Below, piece by piece: positions 13,630-24,435 of a stretch of DNA of 64,000 bases. The notes under the pieces were generated by a model. That model had not been told where the DNA came from and made no database searches. It was given only the letters and a program-made list of their open reading frames with translations. The DNA lies in contig NC_089434.1 in assembly GCF_026210795.1 (NCBI RefSeq), forward strand, positions 2,418,001 to 2,482,000, in the 5' to 3' direction. How positions within the stretch are numbered: position 1 is the first letter of the stretch; each line of letters starts with the position of its first letter. The stretch is from Rhizophagus irregularis (Eukaryota). The translations under genes and the position numbers were made by a program.

Positions 13630-14451
13630 TAAACATGGGGCCCGAAACTGAAACCTCCCGAAACCCTTTAGGTTTCGGTATATACCGAAACTTAGTTTCG
13701 GGATGGGTGTTTTTTCCCAAAACTCAAAACCCGAAACTGACCCGAAATTCCCGAAACTTTTATATACCGAAATATAACCGAAACCTATTAATTTACTTAA
13801 TTAATTTTTATTAAAATAACTAAAATTATAACAATATTGAATTACTATCTGACATTTTATTAAAAAGACTTCTCAATTAAGTCCAAACATTTTTATTTTT
13901 ATTTTTTATTTTTATGTTATAGATAGACTGTCATACAAGAGATTTAAGACATTACATAATAAAATATGAATACTAATCAAAATATATAATTGTATGAAAC
14001 TCCCACTTGAGGAAGCCGCCCACCTTTTCAGTTATTCCCAAGACGAGAAGGCATGGCCTGCTAGTCCATAACATAGTAAGGAGTAGAAACTATACTAGGG
14101 AAGTGATATCTATATTAAAAGAAGAATGAAAATTAATAAAATTAAAAGAAAAACTATATCAGGTGAATTAATGTGAAACAGCCAAAGGCTTGAATGTAAA
14201 AAGTAAAGATGGTTATCAAACACGATATATTGAATATCGATCTATTAATTATTTAAATTGCCACGTGATTATCCAATCAACGAGTTTCTGGATATCGGGA
14301 TTAGTTTCGAGATAACTGAAATTAGTTTCGGGTTTCAGGATTTATTTAGGGTTTCAGAACTTGTTTAGGGTTTCGGGTGAGGTTTTGATTCATATATTCC
14401 AAAACCCGAAACTTTCGGAAATCCTCTCAGAGGTTTCGGGCCCCATGTTTA
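13630..14451 (-). mobile_element. Non-autonomous hAT derivative (822 bp), same family as 39578-42580
   Basis: TIR TAAACATGGGGCCCGAAAC; 8-bp TSD CTAAAGGG (13622-13629, 14452-14459); CCGAAAC subterminal repeats; both ends match the coding hAT in reverse orientation. Confidence 0.92.
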
Positions 14452-17400
14452 CTAAAGGGTCACGAGTGCTTCATGGCTGGTATATCCATCCTCTTCCCTA
14501 TGAAATGTCATTAAAAGATTTTTTTATGAAGCTTGTTAATAAAGAAATATCTCCTGAATGCAATATTGCTGTGACAAGTTCTGAAGAAATAGAACGTATT
14601 GAGTTAAGTGAGGCACTAACTGCTTCTGCAACCCAAGCCAGTCTTAACTGTAATATCATAGAACTTACGAAGGGTGTAGGAATATATATACATTACCGAC
14701 TCAAAACTGATATTACAACAGCCACTCCAGCATCACCAAACGGCTTTGCAATCTTGATGCAAAATGCACGCAAATCTAAATTGTATTTATTAACATTCCC
14801 ACAATCAGGAAATCGTAAGCAAACACTGCGTAATGATCTTGTTGATTGGATTCACAATAATGGTGGAGGATGGTCTACTCAATCATATGCTAACACACAA
14901 GGAAAGGAATTTATTGTTAGCTTAACTGAAGCAATTTGGTATATTGATATGCGTAGTCACAAGAAACTTGAAGAACGTAGTTTTCATATACCTAATATTT
15001 TCCTTGAGTTTTTTGACCGTGCAAATCCTGAATCACATAAGCATTCCTGAAAACTCTTTGATGCAAATGAATTAAACTTACATTGCCAATCTCTTGCTCC
15101 ATGCGCTACATCGTCATGGATGCTAATGGCGAATTTTGACTGGCTCCGTGGTGCATTTGACAATTTCATTGTTACCATTTCGAATTATACTGGATATCTT
15201 CAATTTCATCGTAATGTTACTGCTGTGAATCATGCATCAGAATCCCCATACGATCCATCGATCAAGCAACAATGATCAAAGTCTACAAGTGTAACATTTG
15301 GGTTATACCTATCGATAAGACCAAATATTACCGTCTTGAACAGTTGCTTAGCAATTTACCACCATGGAAACCAGTTGATATTGAAGAATACTTGCCAAAT
15401 GATCCTGTGTATGCATGAGAAAAAAATATTAAATCTTGTTTTTAGTTTAAAATTCTAATGTAAAATCCATATTGTAGGCAAAGAATGCGTTACATTCAAG
15501 GTTTACCTCATGCATTTTCTTTCAAAATTGGAGAATATCGATTTAGTTCTGGAAATAATGCTTTTAATGCAATTTCAATCTGGAAAGTTGACGAACATGT
15601 TAATGAAGACTTGATAATTCAAGAAAATACACGGATTGTAATGGAATTGCAGGCTGATGCACCTCGTTATCACACAAGAGCAATGCGGATAAACTATCTA
15701 CGTACATGTGATCTTCTCCTCCCAAAGGCCAAGCCATCAGCACTCCGAACAATTTACCGAATGCTAACAGGTGAAATTTCTGCGGCTGAGAATGCAATTG
15801 AAGCAAAAGTTGATGAATGTGTTAGATTCGCTTTGGAACTTGGAGACCCGAAGATTACCATAGATTTACGTGAACATAACGATGGGCAGCCTGGCAAATA
15901 TAATGATTTTTGGAAAATTACAGCTCAGTTTCTTGCAGGAAAAGCAGCAGACACTGTAACTGCTGTAGATGAACGCAGGCATGACACAGTCGTACATCTT
16001 GCAACTGCAATCTCAGTGAATGACCTTTTGCACCAAATTAAACATGAGTGTTCACCTGAAACATTGATTCCTAGTGCACAATGGTTACGATTACAATTTT
16101 GGCCAAAGAATCCAACATGGCTTAGTAGACTGCAATTTACTGGTCGTTTACCTCTGAAATTTATGGTTCAGACACGACAACTACGAGCTAATCATCAAGA
16201 TGCCCATTATGCATCAGCATTATTTCGATATGAGAAGGAATTTGCAGTGAAATTCCGTGAGATCACAAATATGATTTTTCTAGATGATAAGCATCGTTGC
16301 AAAGTTGGTGAATCTGGATTTCCTGTTGCTGCAATAGAGAGGGGAAAGAAAGTAGTTGTTAGTAAAGACACCACATTTACAGTAGCCGACCATGATTTTA
16401 CAAAAACGGGAATTATACCAAGTGTAGTGATGATATGTGACATTCCAGAATCGATCAATGGTGATTTCTATGCGGGAAAAGTACGCATTGGATTAAAGGA
16501 TCCAATTTTTCAACCTTCCTCACCTCTCCGACATGCAACAGAATTGTTTAATATACTACTTGATGAAAATCTTTATAACAAACCTGTGTTATGTCTCTAT
16601 ACGGATGGTGGTCCAGACCATCATTGTACATATACTCGAGTCAAACTCTCGTATATTTGTCTTTTTCTTGCATTAGATCTTGATTATCTTGTTGCAGTCC
16701 GAACTCCACCACAACATTCATGGAAAAATCCTGTTAAGCGCATCATGTCAATCCTGAATCTAGGACTTCAAAGAGTTGGTTTGATGCGAGCTGAAATGAA
16801 TGATCAGTCTGAAAATCTAATGAGTAAGTGTGGTACAATGAATGAAATTCGCAAAATTGCAGAGGAGAATCCTAACCTGAAGGAAGATCTAATTACAAGC
16901 CTTCAAGTTCCAATTCATTTGATTCGTGATGTGTTTAGTCGTCAAGCTCTTAAAGGTGAGCCTTTTAAAACATTTCCAGCAGCATCAGAAACGGAAATAG
17001 AAAGATTTTGGGAAATAATTCAGATTGTAGATGATAGTGTTACTCATGAAGATTGTACTGCAGAACATATAAAACGAAAGGTAAATAAATTGATTAATTT
17101 TCGTGTAAAAAAACTTTCATTAATGTAACTTTGTTATAGGAATATATGCAAGAATTCTTAGAGCACTGTTGTAAGTCAAGGCATTACTTTTTTTCAATTA
17201 AGAAATGTGGTGAATCAACTTGTACTATTTGCCGTCCTATTCGTTGTTCAACAGAAGATTTTGAACAATTGCATCATCTTCCAGATCCAGTACCTGGTGA
17301 AGACCTGCATTACATATCATTTGAAAAGCTATATGTACACAACAAATGGGGAAGATCATAGACCTTCATTTAAGGATGCTAAAGCAAAAAAAAAAGAAAA

Positions 17401-17464
17401 TATGACAACCACAAAAGTGAAACACAGTATGCCATTCTGCCCTTCTGCTGTACGTGTAAAAAAT

Positions 17465-17761
17465 AGGACCCCGGATATCTAATATAAAGGTCATAATGGA
17501 CTTTTGGCCAAAAACACCCTTTTTGCTGAAACTCAAAAAATCGTTTTTTGTAAATATCTCAGCATCCAGTAATTCAATTTTAATGAACTTTTTTTTATTT
17601 TGTAGCCCTCATTTAGCTCTACAATTTAAAAAAACGTTCATCAAAATTGGACCACTGGATGCCGAGATATTTACAAAAAACGATTTTTTGAAAGACCTGA
17701 AAAATGGGCCAATCTGCCGAAAGTGTGACTTATGACCTGTTTTGGAGATATCCGGGGTCCT
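17465..17761 (+). mobile_element. AGGACCCC MITE, copy 2, inside Zator transposase 1
   Basis: Same TIRs; 8-bp TSD TAAAAAAT (17457-17464, 17762-17769); excision restores the reading frame. Confidence 0.95.
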
Positions 17762-19070
17762 TAAAAAATGTTGGTGTTGTTGTAAATTGTGCTGAGTGTG
17801 AGAAACCACGTCTATTATTCAGCGCCAGGAAATTGTCCAAAAAGGATAGGACAAGGCTACAAAGTTTCTTAGACACAATCTTCTATACCTGCGGCATGTC
17901 ATTTCATAATACATGCGATTTGGCAATAATCACACCCGTACCATCAAAGCAACATGATGAAATAGAAAATTTGGATGAGGGGGATGATTGTAATGAAGAC
18001 GAACCTGAAAACTCAGATGATGAGAATGAATCTGATAACAATATGGAGGATTCTATTCGTGAACTTTTTTCAAGAGTTTTTGTTAATGATTCTTGGTCTT
18101 GTACGTCACAGGTTGAAAAACCATATTATTCAGCTGGAATTTATCCGGACGTTTGCATTGAGTGTGGAAGCTTGGATATTAACGAAACAGCAGAAGACAA
18201 ATTCCCACATTGCAGTAGTTGCAGTGATAATACTGCCATTTCAAAAAAACGTCTAAAGTGGAAACAGGGTGGTAAAGATAAGGGAAAGCGTACAAAGATT
18301 TGATTTAGACAATTTTTTATTTTTTTTTAATTTCGCGTTTAGCAGTGCAGCATGTATATTAATTGCCGATTCGTCTAAAAACGGCACTGCGTTGATAATA
18401 AAATTTGGGGTTAAATTTGCTGATTTTGTACTAGAACACAATCTTCAGAAAAAGATATTTTCATAGACGATATATTAACTATAAATAAAGGTCATATTAT
18501 ATACTGAAAAAATACTTGAAAAAAAAGAATTTGCAAAAAAAAATTATACGTTCATATGCAAAATAATGAGTTTACTATGTACGCGCGTCAGATTTACACC
18601 TTAAAATGTAAGAAATTTTAATATTTTATTTCACTATATTATGTTATTTACATTACAAACATATATTTTTTGGCTTTCTAAGCTTTTTTTAAAGACTTTT
18701 TTTTAAATATTTTCTTTATAGAACTAGTAAAAAATTGAAGGGCACTTTTATTTGTAAAATGGGTGAAATGGGTGAAAGTTTATCCCGCGCGTGAGATGTA
18801 AAAAACGGGTTTTTTTATTATCGTTAATATCCCCAAATTTTATTAGTAACGCAGTGACGATTTTAGACGGATTGGCAATTAAACATTTTGATAAAACATT
18901 TAATATTTTAAGCTTAAATTTAAAAACAGTTTTAAAAAAGTTTTAATTTTCAGTACATTCACGTGAGTTAAATTTGATTGGTTATCATAAAAAAAATTTA
19001 AAGTTCAGAGTGTCACTTTATCGACGCGGGCGGGATATGAAAACTGAATTTTTAACTTTGTCTCGCCTTA

Positions 19071-19333
19071 CGTCTATAAAAATTCAATACGGCTGAATAC
19101 GGCATTGCGTCAAAAAAAATCCATGCTGAAATTAATCATAATTCGTAATATTGCCGAAAACTATATGTATATCATATGATATCTTACGCGAAACGATTCT
19201 GACGCTTAGACAGTTTTGGCAGGTTTCGGCGATTACGGCATTTCAACATTTTAGACCAATTTTGCAAAACTAGTTTCGGCAGTTTCGCATACGCCATCCC
19301 GCCGAAACCTCCTAGTTTTGGCAAGCAACCTTA
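19071..19333. mobile_element. Right part of a TAAGGTTGC-family hAT MITE; Zator 1 probably inserted into it (decayed left part about 12872-13140)
   Basis: Ends GTTTTGGCAAGCAACCTTA with GCCGAAA/TTTCGGC motifs; left TIR not found. Confidence 0.55.
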
Positions 19334-19929
19334 AATATAATGCTTTGTGACGTTAATTAATATATATCTAACGTTATTTAACGTCATTTAACTAATAAAT
19401 AATGTATATTTAACGCTATCTAACTAATAAATAATGCTATTGACGTTAATTGCTAAAAAATTAACATTATTAAACCTTTATACCATATACCGTTTACCCT
19501 AAATTAATTTTTTTTAAGCACTTTCAATAGTATTTTAATAGTATTTCACAAAAAAAATATGTGCGCAATTAACTAACCTGTGGAGTGTTATCATTTTCCA
19601 TGTTTCACAAATTTCTGCTTGAGCTGTGTAACCCAATTTCTTTATGATAATTGAACAATTAAAGTTTTTAAGCTACTTTACTAGTACATAAAAGTATTAT
19701 TAAATGTTAAGAAGCAACTTTAATACATTTTTAAGCAAAAAACAGGTTGTTTTTTTTTATTTAAAAAGAGTGTTAGAAAAAAAACTATCAACGAAGCTAT
19801 AAAATTGTTTATATTTATTGTAACACAATAATCGTGCTATATTTTAATTGTATTTATCACATGATAAATAAAATGGAGGTAGCGATGTCATCGTACGTGT
19901 GATGAATAAATTTTTTCTTTTTTTTTTTT

Positions 19930-21006
19930 TACCTGTTTTGTTTTTTTTTTTTTTACCTATCAAACCTGATTGATTTTGAACCTGGTTTGAAACCTGTTTT
20001 TTGTTAAACCTGTTTTCGAACCTGTTTTTTTCAACTGTTCTGATGATTTTAAGAACCTGTTTTTAAAACCTGTTTTTTGTTAAACTTGTTTTTTTTTCAC
20101 CTGTTCTGATGATTTTAAGAACCTGTTTTTGAAACTTGTTTTCGAACCTGTTTTTTTCACCTGTTCTGATGATTTTAAGAACCTGTTTTTGAAACCTGTT
20201 TTTTTAAACCTGTTTTCGAACCTGTTTTTTTCACCTGTTCTGATGATTTTAAGAACCTGTTTTTAAAACCTGTTTTTTGTTAAACCTGTTTTCGAACCTG
20301 TTTTTTTCACCTGTTTTGATGATTTTAAGAACCTGTTTTTAAAACCTGTTTTTTGTTAAACCTGTTTTTTTTTTCCACCTATTCTGATGATTTTAAGAAC
20401 CTGTTTTTTTTTTTGAAACCTGATTTTTTTTTTTTTTTTTTTGAAACCTGATTTTTTTTTTTTTTTTTTTTAAACCTGATTTTTTTTTTTTTTTTTTTGA
20501 AACCTCGATTTTTTTTTTTTTTTTTTTTGAAACCTGATTTTTTTTTTTTTTTTTTTTGAAACCTGATTTTTTTTTTTTTTTTTTTTGAAACCTGTTTTTT
20601 TTTTTTTTTTTTGAAACCTGTTTTTTTTTTTTTTTTTTTTTGAAACCTGTTTTTTTTTTTTTTTTTTTGAAACCTGTTTTTTTTTTTTTTTTGAAACCTG
20701 TTTTTTTTTTTTTTTTTTTGAAACCTGTTTTTTTTTTTTTTTTTTTTTGAAACCTGTTTTTTTTTTTTTTTTTGAAACCTGTTTTTTTTTTGAACCTGTT
20801 TTTTTTTTCACCTGTTCTGATGATTTTTAAGAACCTGTTTTTAAAACCTGTTTTTTGTTAAACCTGTTTTTTTTCACCTATTCTGATGATTTTTAAAAAC
20901 CTGTTTTTAAAACCTGTTTTTTGTTAAACCTGTTTTTTTTCACCTATTCTGATGATTTTTAAAAACCTGTTTTTAAAACCTGTTTTTTGTTAAACCTGTT
21001 TTAAGA
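19930..21006. repeat. AAACCTG-(T)n minisatellite with a ~60-bp higher-order unit
   Basis: Many AACCTG(T)n units; unit CTGTTCTGATGATTTTAAGAACCTGTTTTTAAAACCTG... repeats at both flanks; the centre (about 20400-20810) is GAAACCTG plus long T runs. Confidence 0.9.
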
Positions 21007-21417
21007 ACGTGCCAGCCACCGGTGCCGAACTCCGATCTGAATTTTTTTTTTTTTTCAATCAAGTTAGGTTAGATTATATCAGATTATCTATTTGATCTGA
21101 TTTTTCAATATAAAAAAGTGAATCCCAATATTGCAATTCATTTTTATTATATAAAATCAATATAAAAAATGAATTATAATACCATAACTCACTTATTATA
21201 TAAAATCATAGTTTTAGGTTTAATAGGTCATTCAGGTTATATTGATGAATTTGATCAACCTGTTCAGAACTTTAGTTTTGGAAGTTTTGGAATAGTTTTA
21301 AAGTTCTGAATAGAATTTGGTTTTAGTTTTAGTTTTAGTTTCAAATGTTGAAAACTGAAAAATAGTTTCAGGCAGTATCTTTTGATTAGTAGCCTTCATT
21401 ATTGGTTATTAGCTTTT

Positions 21418-21966
21418 TACTACAACTATAACGTACTTCTGATTACAAGTACATGTAACTACTTTACCATTACATACTACCTAACTACGTAATCATAATT
21501 TTTTTACATGACTACATGATTACGTGAGCACAAAAATATAATCGACTACATTACCTATCATGTACTTACGTAGTTACGTAATCATAGACTACCCAGCGTA
21601 CCCTATAAAAATGTCATGAAACGGCCAGCATTAAGAGATTAAGAAATTAAAATATGTGACAAATAATGTGTGACAAATTAAATTTCACACCTCAAAAAAA
21701 TTCCAAGTCCCTCAGTTACTTATGAAAAATGGAAACAAGAAAGAGTGTGGCGCATGTGACAAAAAACAGACACGTGATTTTTCGGGACATTTTTGTAGAT
21801 AAAAATAAATTTATGTAATTGTAAAATTTACTGTTTGTACTGTATAATGTAGTCGCTTTGCAGTATTGTGCTTACATGAGTCTATTACTACGTAATATCT
21901 ATGACTACATGAGAGTACGTGATATCATGTACTCGTAGTAGTCACAACTGCATTGTAGTTGTAGTA
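21418..21966. mobile_element. Decayed CACTA-like MITE
   Basis: TACTACAACTATAACG...TACAAGTACATG versus CATGTACTCGTAG...CATTGTAGTTGTAGTA; termini equal CACTACAA after C-to-T; ACTACAT/ACTACGT subrepeats; TSD imperfect (TTT/ATT). Confidence 0.55.
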
Positions 21967-23023
21967 ATTAAATATATAATCCTTCATTATTCTTATTATC
22001 AGAAAAAACAATTTCAGTATTAGATTTGTTAGAAACTTTAATGGAAGATGATTTCTTAGACTTCTCAGGTATCTTGGATTTCTTTTTACTTGGTTGATGA
22101 TTTTTTTTACTACTCTCATTATCAGAAAAAACAAATCCAGTAGGTTTGTTCCTGAAAGTTTTAATAAATAATGATAATAATGTATTTTGAAGTTTAATGC
22201 TCGATTCTGATATCTTTAATATCTGCTCTTTACTGCTCTCATCATCAAATAGTGTTCTGCACGAATCAAATTTCTTTTCTGAAATTTGATTTAATTCAAT
22301 TCAAACTTGATTCAGACTTAATTCGACCTTCTAAAAATTATTATCTCAGGATCTAGTGATCCAAATTTGATGATCTTTTTTTTTATCAATAGGTTTCATT
22401 GCCCTGATCAAAATAAAAGATTGTCAAAATTAGACCATTAGATCAAAGTTATTCGCAAAATACATTTTTATTATTTATGAGTAATTAAGATTACATCATG
22501 TTATAAATCAATTTGTGCAGAACACTATTATCAGAAGAAATAAATCTGGTGGATTTATTGAAAACTTTAATAAATAATGATGATGATGTATCCTGAAATT
22601 TAGCGCTTGATTCTGATACCTTTGATGTTTACTCTTTTTTACCACTGTTACCCACGTCTGCTACTCATAGATAAACACAATTTCATTATAACATTATTTC
22701 ACTTTATTACGCTTAGTTTAGATTTTAATGCACTGGTTAAAAACTAATATATTGGGTAGCAGATATGTATCAAATATATACCTAATATGTGTAGTATTAA
22801 TGCTGAAAATTGGGTACCCGATATGTGTAAGATATATGTAAATATATATATCATATATATATCGGGTACCAATATGTATATGATATGTAAATGATATGTA
22901 GACGATATATATATTTACACATATCTTACACATATCAGGTACCTGATTTTCAGCATTAATACTACACATATCAGGTACATATCTGATACATATCTGCTAT
23001 CCGATATATTAGTTTTTGACCAG

Positions 23024-24286
23024 TAGTGATGATCATCGTACTTTCTCCCCCGTTGGGTTCTGCCCATTTTTTCCCATGAAGTTATGGATGAAAAATATGA
23101 GGATTTTTTGCCTTGAGTGATAGTAAAAGGACTTTTCGACGTTATATGAAGTTATTACCGAGGTCTTTAGTTTCGCCCGAACTCCTTACGGCTTATATTG
23201 AGTTATGACCGTTATCATGAGTCTTGGAGTTACCAATAATACTGTAAGATGGCAGTTCCATACGAACGTTCCCCTGGGCTTTCTGAAAGGTTGAAAAGTA
23301 GTGCGTCTTGGTTCCTACGCCTTTAAAGTCTAACTGGCCAAGTGGTTCGCAGGCCGGACCGGTATTTTTGGAAGGAGAAACCTCGACCAACGTATTTCTT
23401 GCTAGTTGATGTTGTTAACTGAGGAGTTAGTCTTCTAAAATAAGGAGATGGAGTTGAGGTGTATGTTTGGTGTTTTTCTTTCAGGTTTTTCTCATTGCAC
23501 TTCGAGTTTTCCTGAGGTTTATGTCTTTATTTTTTGCTTTTTGTTTTTCTTGGTCGCTTTTTTCAGTGTAACCTTATTTTCTTTGGGGGATGGAGGGATA
23601 CTGGAAAATTTGATCGTCATGGTGGCTTGGTGTTACTAATTTTCAAAATCGATGATCATCCGGGTGATAAGGGGGGTGACAGGTTGGGTACCGCAGTTTT
23701 TGTAGTATGCCGATCAAGGTGGTCACATGATGGACTATCATTGGATTGACTTATCTAGGTAGATCTTAGGTCGATGGATCGTTCGCAATGAGGTGGGTGT
23801 CCTCCGTTTGAAATTGTTCGAAATGAGGTGGGTGTCCCTTCGGGGATTGCACGACACTAAAAAGTTCCCCATCGGCTGGACTGCATGACACTAAAGAGTT
23901 CCCGGAGGTCTATGTGAAATAGGTTTGTTATCCATAGTATGTAATCAAATAGGGGAAATTGAATTTTATGCGTTTCTGATAGTGCTAATGGTAGCTCGGA
24001 GGTTCTTTACCGATTCTAGGAGTGGGTACGACGCTGGATGGGTTACGTATAGCATAGTTGACTTTACCCATTTTGAGATATATTTGGGGGGAGTAGCCGT
24101 AGTTATTTATATAGAGAGGGTGAGGTTTTTAATCTTAGCTTTTCTTATATGTAATTTTGGAAGATTATTTGTTCTTTGTTTTTCTATTAGTTCTGCACTT
24201 GTTGCGGTGCTTTTTAGATCACTCTGTGTTTCTCTAAAGTCACTTCGGCATTAATTAATAAAATTCAAGCTCAAGCTATGTTTACC
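23024..24286 (+). mobile_element. Element A: 1.26-kb non-coding retroposed sequence with a LINE-like 3' end, first unit of the array
   Basis: Flanked by target 14-mers (23010-23023, 24287-24300); TAGCATAGTTG...ATATAT.GGGGG near 24050 resembles the LINE 3' UTR at 32245; ends TTTACC versus LINE TTTGCC. Confidence 0.6.
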
Positions 24287-24435
24287 TAGTTTTTGATTAG
24301 TAGTAGTAACTCTCTCCTGAATTTTTCAAAAATGAAAATTTCCGATGAAAATAATTTTTTATTATTTTTAAAAAATAATACAAGCTACTAATAAAATTTT
24401 ATATTTTATATATTTTCAACTCAAAGCCCTCTACT

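Larger units (their letters stand above)
13597..18303 (+). pseudogene. Zator transposase 1 (disrupted); introns about 15409-15477 and 17081-17139
   Basis: Motifs DDKH..KVG, DHDF, YTDGGPDH, PP.HSWKNPV.RIMS and C-terminal Cys clusters; removing the inserts restores MPFANIRISKG-SRVLHGW and AVRVKN-VGVVVNC; in-frame stop at 15048 and frameshifts. Confidence 0.8.
13143..19067 (+). mobile_element. Zator DNA transposon 1, both ends intact, interrupted by two MITEs
   Basis: ~33-bp TIR GGCGATATAAAGTTAAAAATTCGGTTCTCATATC versus GATATGAAAACTGAATTTTTAACTTTGTCTCGCC; TTA on both sides. GG...CC termini and a TWA TSD are Zator hallmarks; transposase inside. Confidence 0.85.

Noticed and set aside
13995..14075. 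HDV-like ribozyme on the minus strand
   Set aside because: I could not form the P1 and P3 pairings by eye; a motif search would be needed.
14361..14459. ORF-track start of the transposase at 14361
   Set aside because: The first ~30 codons are hAT terminal sequence; the start that restores a continuous frame is 13597.
20470..20811. Poly-lysine ORF on the minus strand
   Set aside because: It is a translation of the T-run minisatellite.
21375..21395. TTTTGATTAGTAG as a further LINE target junction
   Set aside because: Only a partial match, with no LINE 5' or 3' sequence adjacent.
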